This document shows, piece after piece, positions 52,900 through 61,193 of a stretch of DNA of 64,000 bases (the stretch's first letter is position 1; each line of letters starts with the position of its first letter). The notes beneath the pieces were generated by a model. That model worked only from the letters and a program-made list of their open reading frames with translations. It was not told the DNA's origin and did not search any database. Made by a program: the position numbers and the translations under genes. This stretch comes from a virus (lineage: Duplodnaviria > Caudoviricetes), in the IMG/VR virus record IMGVR_UViG_3300014968_000002, positions 673 to 64,672 of that record; one strand, written 5' to 3'.

Positions 52900-53222
52900 G
52901 AGTGACCTGCTGCAAGTGCTTCAAGGGAACTGTCATGCTTCAGTGCCCGCGCTGCGGCCATCGCATCTGCACCTCGTGCAGGATATTCTCGCCGCTCAAC
53001 TTCGCGGTGCTGGCCATGGCTGCGGCGCTATCTGCATGCACTCCCAGCGCGACCGAGGTCATCATGCCTGTGGTTCCTCCGGGACTGAAGGACTGCCAGT
53101 TCTACAATCTGAAAAACGGCTATGGCACTAATATGACCGTGGTGCGCTGCCCAAACAGCTCGACTACCATGCAGCAGAAGCGCGGCAAGACGACTGAAGA
53201 AACAGCGGTGGTGGAGCGATGA
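52896..53222 (+). CDS. Putative lipoprotein with N-terminal Cys cluster
   Basis: Lipobox-like LSAC after hydrophobic stretch; P.GLKDC.FY. Confidence 0.6.
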   Translation: MRVTCCKCFKGTVMLQCPRCGHRICTSCRIFSPLNFAVLAMAAALSACTPSATEVIMPVVPPGLKDCQFYNLKNGYGTNMTVVRCPNSSTTMQQKRGKTTEETAVVER

Positions 53223-53521
53223 GCGCGCCCGCATGGCAGCCCATGCAGGATCCTTCGGATATACGGCACCTGACCAAGCTGCTGGAGGAACTGGGCGAGC
53301 TGACGGCCGCAGCGTCAAGATGCCTGCACCAGGGCATGGATGGCAAGGAGCCGGTCACCGGCCGCGTCAACCGCCAGTGGCTTGAGGACGAGGCAGCCGA
53401 CGTGCGCGCCGTCATGATCGCGGTGCAAGGGCATTTCCATTTGGACAAAACGCAGATGGCCGAGCGCGTCATCTGGAAGTTCTCGAAGCTGCGCGAATGG
53501 TTGAACGGGAGGCCGGCATGA
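53219..53521 (+). CDS. MazG-like pyrophosphohydrolase domain protein
   Basis: KLLEELGEL..A...LEDEAADV. Confidence 0.75.
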   Translation: MSAPAWQPMQDPSDIRHLTKLLEELGELTAAASRCLHQGMDGKEPVTGRVNRQWLEDEAADVRAVMIAVQGHFHLDKTQMAERVIWKFSKLREWLNGRPA

Positions 53522-53814
53522 GCGAACGGAGAAAAGAGCAGAGGCGCAAGGGTCCGGTGCTGGCGCTGCCTCCAATGGCCGGGCAGATGTATCCCATTGC
53601 AGAGCGGCCGTCGGATCGCAGAGGCAGGCGCAAGGGGCCGACCGATCGCCGCTATGGCGCGCTGCTGCCTGAGGCCATGAACATCATCGCAGAGCTGTCC
53701 ATCAGGCTGGCGCGCACGGCAGACGAGCGCATGCCTTCGGGCGTCAAGCCGCTCTTGCCCGACGATCCGCTGTCGGTGCGCATCATGGCGCTATATGGCA
53801 AGGTAGGGCGATGA
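53518..53814 (+). CDS. Hypothetical Arg-rich protein
   Basis: GGAGG SD; ATGA overlaps. Confidence 0.6.
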   Translation: MSERRKEQRRKGPVLALPPMAGQMYPIAERPSDRRGRRKGPTDRRYGALLPEAMNIIAELSIRLARTADERMPSGVKPLLPDDPLSVRIMALYGKVGR

Positions 53815-54119
53815 ACCGCCGCGGCTTTCTCGGTGCTATGCTGGCTGCGCCTGCAATCGTGCATGCAAAGAACCTTATGCCTGGCCGCGGGAGAATCATT
53901 CTACCTGCAAGCAAGCAGTTGTTCGGCAGCAATACCGTTGTTATTGCAGAGTCAAATAGAGAAGCTTTCTTATCTGCTGACTTTGCAAGCTTTTCAATAC
54001 TGGCATACGACGCATTGGGAAATAGAATCTCTGTTCCTAAGCTTAGCAGAGTAATGATTTATGGTCCTGAACCTGGCAGCGCGGTAATAAAAACCTTTGA
54101 CGGCAAGGATTGGGTATGA
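53811..54119 (+). CDS. Hypothetical protein with twin-arginine-like leader
   Basis: MNRRGFLGAMLAAPAIVHA; paralogous leader to 11328. Confidence 0.6.
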   Translation: MNRRGFLGAMLAAPAIVHAKNLMPGRGRIILPASKQLFGSNTVVIAESNREAFLSADFASFSILAYDALGNRISVPKLSRVMIYGPEPGSAVIKTFDGKDWV

Positions 54120-54643
54120 GCAAGAAGCTGGCTGAGAAGAAGTGGGCAGAGCTGTCGCCGTGCGGAAAATACCGCTACGTCCTTGGCCGCGACTGGGCAG
54201 GCGGATCGCAGGAGCGGAAGCGCGTGCTGTTCGTCATGCTCAATCCGTCGACTGCCGACCACAATCTGGATGACCAGACGGTGCGCAAGTGCCGCGGCTT
54301 CGCGATGGAATGGCGGATGAACGGGTTCGAGGCAGTGAACCTCTTCGCGCTGCGCTCTACCGACAAGACGGAGCTGGTGCGCGCCTTGTATCCTGTCGAG
54401 CACCAGGCAAAGGCCAATATGCGCGCCCTGCAGAAGCGGCTAAGCGATGGGCGCATCAAGATTGTGTGCGTTGCCTGGGGCGATGAAGGATGGGCAGGCA
54501 TAGTTTCCCGTCGCGCAGCCATGTACAGGGAAATCATCGGCCGCCGCGCTGTGTGCTTGCGTGTGCTGTCGGACGGCATTTCGCCCATGCATCCGCTGAT
54601 GGCTGCATACGGGCCTTTCGTCAACTACAGGAGTCCGCTATGA
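54116..54643 (+). CDS. DUF1643 family protein
   Basis: S.CG.YRY.L.R.W, FVMLNPSTAD...DD.TV.KC..FA, VNLFA.RST, AWG, HPL. Confidence 0.9.
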   Translation: MSKKLAEKKWAELSPCGKYRYVLGRDWAGGSQERKRVLFVMLNPSTADHNLDDQTVRKCRGFAMEWRMNGFEAVNLFALRSTDKTELVRALYPVEHQAKANMRALQKRLSDGRIKIVCVAWGDEGWAGIVSRRAAMYREIIGRRAVCLRVLSDGISPMHPLMAAYGPFVNYRSPL

Positions 54644-54870
54644 AGCAGCTTGCTTATATTGCCAAAGTCATGGCAAAAAGCGAGCTTATCGAGGTTAGAG
54701 TGCTGCTTGATCCAGATATAAAGCTTGACGCGCGCGGTATCAGGCTGCTGACGGAAGGCGCAGATGCTAGGCTGCATAGCATTATCAATGCGGGCACTGA
54801 TGAAGAAGCGCGCTTGATCCATGAGCATGAATTAAAGAACGGAATTGTTAATCTGAGGAGTTCAATGTGA
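54640..54870 (+). CDS. Hypothetical protein
   Basis: AGGAG SD; ATGA/GTGA overlaps. Confidence 0.6.
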   Translation: MKQLAYIAKVMAKSELIEVRVLLDPDIKLDARGIRLLTEGADARLHSIINAGTDEEARLIHEHELKNGIVNLRSSM

Positions 54871-55808
54871 GCGCAATTATGAGCAGCCAAGAAGAAGCCC
54901 GCAGGAAAAATCTTCGTCGCATACACGCATGGGCAGGAGTCTACCGCAGACTTCCTGACCCTGGCATTCCAGATATTCCGTACGGCATGGCAAAAATCAT
55001 TGAGGATGACGCGCATGCCGCGCTGCTGCTGCCTGATCCAGAAGAAGCTGCATCGCGAAAAGAACTGCGCGATATAGTGGCAAAAATTTTGGAAGATTTT
55101 GAGCCAAATGAAGCCAAAGTGCTGCGCGCCAGGTTCGGCTTGGGAGCAGGCTTGGATAAAGAGACAGGCGAGACGCTTGAGGATGTAGCCGCAAGAATGG
55201 GCGTCACGCGAGAGCGCATCAGGCAAATAGAAGCCAAAGCCTTGCGCAAGCTGCGACATCCTTCAAGGAGTGATCTGCTGAGATGCTTCAGTGCTTATGC
55301 TACTGCTGAGCAAGAGCGGTACGAAGCCCGGCAAGCAGAGCGCGAAGCTGAAGCGCGCGAATTCGAGGCCAAGGCAAAAGAAGAGCGCTACAAGCAGCGC
55401 AAGCAGATACTCGAGCGGGAAGACAAAGAATCCGCGTATCGCAGGAGTGTTGCTGAGACGCAGGCGCGCCTTGATATGCTCAGGGAAATATCAAGCTTCT
55501 GGTGCATTGCCCGCAGGCAGCCTCTAGGGGCTTCAATTAGGATTTATCCTGTCCTAAAATCTCCCGGCGTTTTTCTTGTCCGCGCTCACAAGATAGAGCT
55601 GGGCAGGAATATGCAATTGAAGGATGCCGAGGAATGCGACACCATCAATGTCAAGGTTGAAATAGTGATGGGTGCATATGCAATTGCGTCGCACACTGCG
55701 CAAGACGAAATTCATACAGGATTGTTCGGAGTTTACGTCAAGCAGTACATAGGCGGCATACAGAATCTAGGATATGCTTTAGCCAGCGTTGAAGTGAGCA
55801 AGATATGA
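54867..55808 (+). CDS. Protein with RpoD-like sigma70 region 4 HTH and unknown C-terminal domain
   Basis: EAKVLRARFGL...TLEDVA.RMGVTRERIRQIEAKALRKLRHPSRS. Confidence 0.85.
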   Translation: MSAIMSSQEEARRKNLRRIHAWAGVYRRLPDPGIPDIPYGMAKIIEDDAHAALLLPDPEEAASRKELRDIVAKILEDFEPNEAKVLRARFGLGAGLDKETGETLEDVAARMGVTRERIRQIEAKALRKLRHPSRSDLLRCFSAYATAEQERYEARQAEREAEAREFEAKAKEERYKQRKQILEREDKESAYRRSVAETQARLDMLREISSFWCIARRQPLGASIRIYPVLKSPGVFLVRAHKIELGRNMQLKDAEECDTINVKVEIVMGAYAIASHTAQDEIHTGLFGVYVKQYIGGIQNLGYALASVEVSKI

Positions 55809-55909
55809 TCGGCCGCTACGATGGTTGGCTCATGCTCGGCGTGTACCTGCTGGCGCAGGGCCATTGGGCTACGGCCTGCGTCTGCGTAGTGATTGCATTC
55901 GCCCAGTGA
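55805..55909 (+). CDS. Small hydrophobic peptide (34 aa, not in ORF track)
   Basis: ATGA and GTGA overlaps at both ends; MIGRYDGWLMLGVYLLAQGHWATACVCVVIAFAQ. Confidence 0.5.
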   Translation: MIGRYDGWLMLGVYLLAQGHWATACVCVVIAFAQ

Positions 55910-56067
55910 CTGAAGAAACAGAAGTTTATTGGGCCGGATATGCCGCTGCAGTTGTAGATGGGCAGAGCAAGCCTAACCCTTACGAAGAGGGCACGCCGGA
56001 GCACGAGCAATGGTTCTGGGGAAGCCTGCTGGGAATGGACGATTGGTTTTACGCGCAGTACGTTTGA
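55906..56067 (+). CDS. Small hypothetical protein (NPY...W..G motif)
   Basis: GTG start overlapping previous stop; PNPYEEGTPEHEQW. Confidence 0.6.
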   Translation: MTEETEVYWAGYAAAVVDGQSKPNPYEEGTPEHEQWFWGSLLGMDDWFYAQYV

Positions 56068-56080
56068 GCAAGGAATAAGA

Positions 56081-58150
56081 ATGGCAAGCAAGGGAGAGCG
56101 GCCTGAGACACCTCAGGCGCTGATGAAAGCGAAGCTATTGTCCTCTGGGCTGCGTCCGGAGCTGGCAGGCAAGATGGGGATGACGCTGCTGTCCGCGGAA
56201 AAGACCGCAGCGCTAGGCGATGAGTTCAAGCGCTATCCGTCATTGCGCATCGGTTACTTCGATATCAACAACAAGCCGACGGGCTTCTACCGCATCCGCT
56301 ACCTGGGCGAGATGGAAGGCCTTGACGCACTGGCAGGAAAGCCGCAGCGCTATGCGCAGCCGCGCGACACCGATCCGGAAGTGTACTGGCCTAATGCAGT
56401 TCCATGGAAAGATATCTCGGCCAACCTGGCGGAGCCGGTTTACATCACGGAGGGCGAGCTGAAGGCGTGCAAGGGCTGCGCCGATGGCTTCGCCACGATC
56501 GGGCTGGGAGGCGTATGGTCGTGGCGCAGCAAGAAGAAAGGCGTCGGGCTGGTGCGCGACATTGCTGAGTTCGGATGGAAGGGCCGCGAGGTGCGGCTGG
56601 TATTCGACTCGGACTTCCGCACCAATCCTGATGTCATGCGGGCACTGGTCGCGCTATCGCGTGCCCTGCTGTCGAAAGGAGCGCGGCCGTTCTTGGTTAC
56701 GCTGCCGGAGGGTAAAGGCAACATGAAGCAGGGCCTTGATGATTTCCTCGTGGCTGAGGGGCCTGAGGATTTCAAGGCGCTGGCAGAGGAGGCCGAGCCA
56801 TTTGCCATGGCCGAGGAGCTATGGAGACTGAACACTGAAGTGGTGTACATTCGCGACCCAGGCTTGATCGTGGTCTTTGACGATAAGGACGGCAATCGCA
56901 AGATCACCGCATCATCGTTCAAAGAGCATGCATACTCAAACCGCTTCTTCGAGCAGACAACCTTCGATGCCAAGGGCAATGCACGCCTTGAGAAAAAGCC
57001 TGCAGCGCCAGCATGGCTGCAATGGGAGCATCGCGCAGAGCTGGCACGCCTGACCTACGCGCCTGGCCAACCGACCGTGACTAAGGAAGGCGCGCTTAAT
57101 GAATGGCCTGGCTGGGGGTGCGAGCCGAAGAAAGGCGACGTGTCTTTCTGGAAGAAGCTGCTTGACTTCATCTTCGGCGATGATGCCGTGGGCCGCAAGT
57201 GGTTCGAGCAATGGTGCGCATGGCCGCTGCAGAATCCAGGCGGAAAGATGTACAGCGCTGCCGTCATATGGGGCGTGGCGCAGGGAACAGGCAAGTCGCT
57301 TATCGGCTATTCGCTGGTGGAAATCTACGGAAAAAATGGCACTGAGATAGACGACCAGGACATGGAGGCAACTTACAACGAGTGGGCAGAGAATAAGCAA
57401 TTTGCGATGGGCGATGATGTGATGGGAGCAGAGCATCGCCGCAGGAATACTGAGCGCCTGAAGACGATGATTACCCGCCGCGAGCTACGCCTCAATCCAA
57501 AGTATATCCCGTCATACACCGTACCCGACTGCATCAATTATTATTTCACGTCGCAGCATCCAGATGCATTCTTCGTCGAGGATAAGGATCGCCGCTATTT
57601 CGTGCACGAGGCTCCGCCTGTCCCGATGGAGCGCGCATGGTACAACAAGTATGTAGACTGGCTGCGCGGCCCGGCTAATGGGAAAGCTGCGTTGTTCCAT
57701 TATTTGCTGAGGCTTGACCTTACCGGCTTCGATCCGCATGGCCCGCCGCCTGCCACTGCTGCCAAGCTGGCTATGGTCGCAGACTCGAAGTCCGACGTTG
57801 GCGCATGGTGCACGCGCCTGGCCGAGGACCCAGATTCAGTGCTGCGCCTGGGCGACATGAAGATGAGCGGCGACCTCTTCAATGCAGAGCAACTGCTCAG
57901 GCTCTACGATCCAGATGCATCGAAGAAGTTGACGGCCAACGGCATGAGCCGCGAAATGAAGCGCGCAGGCTTCAGGCATATCTACAAGGGAATGCCGGTC
58001 AGTACGGTCAAGGGGCAGATGCGTCTCTATGCCGTGCGCAACATAGAGCGCTGGCTGACGGCAAAGGGAGCGGAGTGCGCAGCGCATTGGAATGAGCACT
58101 TTGGCAAGGGAGCGAAAGCGGAAAAGAAAAGCAAAGGGGAGAAGTTCTAA
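56081..58150 (+). CDS. Primase-helicase (DUF3854 Toprim plus SF3/DUF5906 helicase)
   Basis: YITEGELKA, IGLGGVW, LVFDSD, GLDDFL; G.QGTGKS Walker A, FAMGDD, FTSQHPDAF...DRRYFV. Confidence 0.9.
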   Translation: MASKGERPETPQALMKAKLLSSGLRPELAGKMGMTLLSAEKTAALGDEFKRYPSLRIGYFDINNKPTGFYRIRYLGEMEGLDALAGKPQRYAQPRDTDPEVYWPNAVPWKDISANLAEPVYITEGELKACKGCADGFATIGLGGVWSWRSKKKGVGLVRDIAEFGWKGREVRLVFDSDFRTNPDVMRALVALSRALLSKGARPFLVTLPEGKGNMKQGLDDFLVAEGPEDFKALAEEAEPFAMAEELWRLNTEVVYIRDPGLIVVFDDKDGNRKITASSFKEHAYSNRFFEQTTFDAKGNARLEKKPAAPAWLQWEHRAELARLTYAPGQPTVTKEGALNEWPGWGCEPKKGDVSFWKKLLDFIFGDDAVGRKWFEQWCAWPLQNPGGKMYSAAVIWGVAQGTGKSLIGYSLVEIYGKNGTEIDDQDMEATYNEWAENKQFAMGDDVMGAEHRRRNTERLKTMITRRELRLNPKYIPSYTVPDCINYYFTSQHPDAFFVEDKDRRYFVHEAPPVPMERAWYNKYVDWLRGPANGKAALFHYLLRLDLTGFDPHGPPPATAAKLAMVADSKSDVGAWCTRLAEDPDSVLRLGDMKMSGDLFNAEQLLRLYDPDASKKLTANGMSREMKRAGFRHIYKGMPVSTVKGQMRLYAVRNIERWLTAKGAECAAHWNEHFGKGAKAEKKSKGEKF

Positions 58151-58459
58151 ATGCCGCGCGAAAGAAAGTACCACCTGAGTAAAGACAGAAAGCGTCCTGC
58201 TCGCTATGACAAGCTCGAAGGGCCGCGCCCAGGCGACAACTTGCCCAGTCCTGAGGATGTCTCGGCGAATCTGCGCAGGGGAATCAGCCGCGAGACATTC
58301 AATGAAGCTGCTGCGCATGCGGGATTCTATTATGCGCCCATGCACCATTTGCCGGGAGACGAGGGCCTTACGATCATGTACTGGCATTCGCTCCACGACT
58401 GGCTTGCGGCGCGCGGCCATGTTGCCCCGCGCATGCTGAAGAGGTATCACGCGAAGTGA
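58151..58459 (+). CDS. Hypothetical protein
   Basis: TAA-ATG coupling. Confidence 0.6.
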   Translation: MPRERKYHLSKDRKRPARYDKLEGPRPGDNLPSPEDVSANLRRGISRETFNEAAAHAGFYYAPMHHLPGDEGLTIMYWHSLHDWLAARGHVAPRMLKRYHAK

Positions 58460-58565
58460 CCCAATTGGGTAATGATTCTCCAACCCAACTGGTTTACTTT
58501 CTTTAACTGGACGGCACACAATTGTTTACGAAAAATTTGTGCTGGCCGACTACTGGGAGATAGGA

Positions 58566-59051
58566 ATGCCTGCAGCGAAGAAGAAGGCGGTTGTGCGCAA
58601 GGCGCAGCCGGAGAAGAAGGCCGCCGCGCCTGCGGCAAAGGCCAAGGGACCAAAGGTCAACATCAAAGTCCCTGCGTCGCTTGGCGAAGCCATTGACCTG
58701 CTGGACAAGCTGCGGGATGAGCGCCTTGAGCTGGGCGCAAAGCTGGCAGATGTCAAAGCGCGCGAGGACTTCATCGAGGGCGCGATTTTCAATCGCTTCG
58801 AGAAGTCGAAGCTGGAAGGCGGCCGCGGCAAAATCGCGCAGGCATCTATCTCCATGCAGGAAGTTCCGACTATCGAGGACTCGGATGCCTTCTACGGCTA
58901 TATCAAGAAGTCCGGCGAGCTGGACCTCCTGCAGCGGCGCGTGTCATCTACTGCCGTGCGCGAGCGCTGGAAGGCAGGCAAGGTCGTCCCCGGCGTCGGC
59001 AAGTTCACCAAGATCAGCCTGTCGCTCACCAAGCTGCGCAACAAAAAATGA
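58566..59051 (+). CDS. Gp157/Gam-like helical phage protein
   Basis: D.L..LR..R coiled coil; I.D.DAFY.YI...G..DLLQRRVS..A..E....G..VPGV. Confidence 0.7.
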   Translation: MPAAKKKAVVRKAQPEKKAAAPAAKAKGPKVNIKVPASLGEAIDLLDKLRDERLELGAKLADVKAREDFIEGAIFNRFEKSKLEGGRGKIAQASISMQEVPTIEDSDAFYGYIKKSGELDLLQRRVSSTAVRERWKAGKVVPGVGKFTKISLSLTKLRNKK

Positions 59052-59341
59052 TTATCAATCATGCCAGCAATAATCTGGTGCGCGTCAAGCTGCGGAAAGG
59101 CAGCAAGCTTGACCGCTTGTTCGGGAATGAGAAGGATCTCATTCTGATAGGCGGCGCGCTAACCACGCTTGAACGATTCAAGCGTTTTGAATGCAGCCTT
59201 GCGCATGCATACCCGGGCGGCGTCGTCGTCTGCTTTGGGCATAGCGTAGGAACCCACGACGACATTCAAGAGCTGTACGATATTCCAACAACTGAAGGGA
59301 GAAAAGATGGCAATCTACCGCGTCAAGAGCATTCCAGTTGA
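59048..59341 (+). CDS. Hypothetical protein
   Basis: ATGA overlap. Confidence 0.5.
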   Translation: MIINHASNNLVRVKLRKGSKLDRLFGNEKDLILIGGALTTLERFKRFECSLAHAYPGGVVVCFGHSVGTHDDIQELYDIPTTEGRKDGNLPRQEHSS

Positions 59342-59582
59342 CGGCGTTGTCCATGTGCGCTATGCAAGCAGCGACGCAGCCGCGCGCAAGGAGGCAACAG
59401 CAATTCGCGAAGCTCATAGCCTGGGCAAGAGCGACGTGACGACCGATACCGTGACGCCTGCCTCCGGCAAGGCAGGCTTAATCGACTGGCTGAACCGCGA
59501 GCACTCGCAATTGCCCGAGGGCTTCGTTGCCGAGAAGCCTGCCAAGCCGGCTAAAGCAGCCAAGGCGGGCAAGAAGAAGTAG
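59307..59582 (+). CDS. Hypothetical protein
   Basis: GGGAG SD; Lys/Ala tail. Confidence 0.7.
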   Translation: MAIYRVKSIPVDGVVHVRYASSDAAARKEATAIREAHSLGKSDVTTDTVTPASGKAGLIDWLNREHSQLPEGFVAEKPAKPAKAAKAGKKK

Positions 59583-59677
59583 GACCTAATACCTCAGGGA
59601 GAGGGAGCAGCGAACGCCGGCGCTAGGCGTGACACCCCGGAGAGCACGGGGATTCCTTTACATCACCAGGAGGCCAC

Positions 59678-60520
59678 ATGGCCGCAGCGAAGAAGGGGGG
59701 CGGCTTGCCCGCTGTTCACAAGCCGAATCTTCCAGTCGATTGGAAGGCGCAAATGCAGGCGCAAGCCCGCGCATACAAAGACGCGGAAGCGTCAACCGGA
59801 GGCGGGCAGTTCCTGTCAATCAGGAACGGCGTCATGAAGCTGGACGACAATCCGGTGAAAGACAACAAGTTCGGCGCATCCGTGGTGGGCTACTGCTTCG
59901 AGAATGCCTACTACGAAGGCGACTTCGATCCGAAGAATCCCACGTCGCCCGTGTGCTTCGCATTCGGCGAGGTGAAGATGGGCGAGGATGCAGCCTCCAC
60001 CGAGGCGCGCATGGCTCCACATCCGGATTCAGCCAAGCCGCAGTCCGAGAAGTGCAGTGACTGCAAGAAAAACCAGTTCGGCACCGCGGACAAGGGCAAG
60101 GGCAAGGCCTGCAAGAACGGCCGCCGCCTGGCGCTGCTGCACGAGGACTATATCAAGAAGCCCGGGGAAATCGCCGGCTCGCCGATCGTGTTCCTCAAGG
60201 TGCCGCCTACCTCCATCAAGCCGTTCTCCCGCCACGTCAAGACCATAGCCAACGTGCTGGAAGCGCCGCCATTCGCGGTTATTACCGAAGTCTCCTGCCG
60301 GCCCGATGACGACAAGCAAGTCGTGGTCGAGTTCGGCATGAAGGCCGAGGTGAAAAATGACGACGCCCTGGGCGCGCTGTTCGCCCGCTCGCAAAGCATC
60401 TACCCAGAGCTGGCCGTGCCCTATGGCAAGGACGGCGACGAGGGCAAGAGCAAGGGCGGCAGCAAGGGGCCGGCGAAGAAAGCGCCTGCGAAGAAAGCAG
60501 CCAAGAAAGCGAGGTTCTAG
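59678..60520 (+). CDS. Putative single-stranded DNA-binding/annealing protein
   Basis: AGGAGG SD; N.YYEG.FDP...PVCF, C.DC..NQFG...GKGKACKN.RRLALL, LKVPPTS. Confidence 0.75.
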   Translation: MAAAKKGGGLPAVHKPNLPVDWKAQMQAQARAYKDAEASTGGGQFLSIRNGVMKLDDNPVKDNKFGASVVGYCFENAYYEGDFDPKNPTSPVCFAFGEVKMGEDAASTEARMAPHPDSAKPQSEKCSDCKKNQFGTADKGKGKACKNGRRLALLHEDYIKKPGEIAGSPIVFLKVPPTSIKPFSRHVKTIANVLEAPPFAVITEVSCRPDDDKQVVVEFGMKAEVKNDDALGALFARSQSIYPELAVPYGKDGDEGKSKGGSKGPAKKAPAKKAAKKARF

Positions 60521-60523
60521 GCC

Positions 60524-60739
60524 ATGGCGGTGAGGCGTGGGTTCAAGGGCAACTGGGTAGACCTGCAGAAGTCCATCATGGCAATGGACGAGCGCAGCGT
60601 CGCCCGGCTGCTCGACGAAGAGAGGCGCTCAACCTCCCCGCGCCTTGCCATCATGCTCAGGCTGCACGCGCGGATGAATCGGCTGCGCACTGCGCGCGAG
60701 CGGAAGGAAATAGCAGCCGCGGCAAGCAAAGGGAAATGA
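60524..60739 (+). CDS. Hypothetical protein
   Basis: Operon packing; RLHARMNRLR..RER. Confidence 0.7.
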   Translation: MAVRRGFKGNWVDLQKSIMAMDERSVARLLDEERRSTSPRLAIMLRLHARMNRLRTARERKEIAAAASKGK

Positions 60740-60743
60740 GGGA

Positions 60744-60941
60744 ATGAACATGTTCAATACGGCAGAAGAACGGGCAGCCTTCACGATGGCCACTTCGGTG
60801 GCCATGATGCACGCGCTGATTACGTCGCGCGGCTACCATACTGCGGGCGCGCCCAGCAGCGACAAGCTGAAGGAGCTGGCCAAGGCATCGGTCGAGGGCG
60901 CTATCGCTTTGATGGAAGAAGTCGAAGCGGTGGGAAAATGA
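60744..60941 (+). CDS. Hypothetical protein
   Basis: GAGG SD. Confidence 0.6.
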   Translation: MNMFNTAEERAAFTMATSVAMMHALITSRGYHTAGAPSSDKLKELAKASVEGAIALMEEVEAVGK

Positions 60942-61192
60942 ACTGGGAAGATTTCAGGCGCAATGATGCCAAGGGCACCATCGACCTGCAGAAAGCCATG
61001 CAATGGTGGGAGGCTACGCATGGGCATACTGCAGTTCCGCGCGTCGCCATGATACCGGCATTGGCGCATCTGCGCACGATCGAGAGCATGCAGCCTGTTA
61101 CCAGCAGGCAAGTCGCCGCGGCTGCGCTGAGCGCAGCCATAGCGCTCGGCAAGTTGGTCAATATCGTCGACGCAGCAAGGATGGGCTTCTAA
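60938..61192 (+). CDS. Hypothetical protein
   Basis: ATGA overlap. Confidence 0.6.
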   Translation: MNWEDFRRNDAKGTIDLQKAMQWWEATHGHTAVPRVAMIPALAHLRTIESMQPVTSRQVAAAALSAAIALGKLVNIVDAARMGF

Positions 61193-61193
61193 C

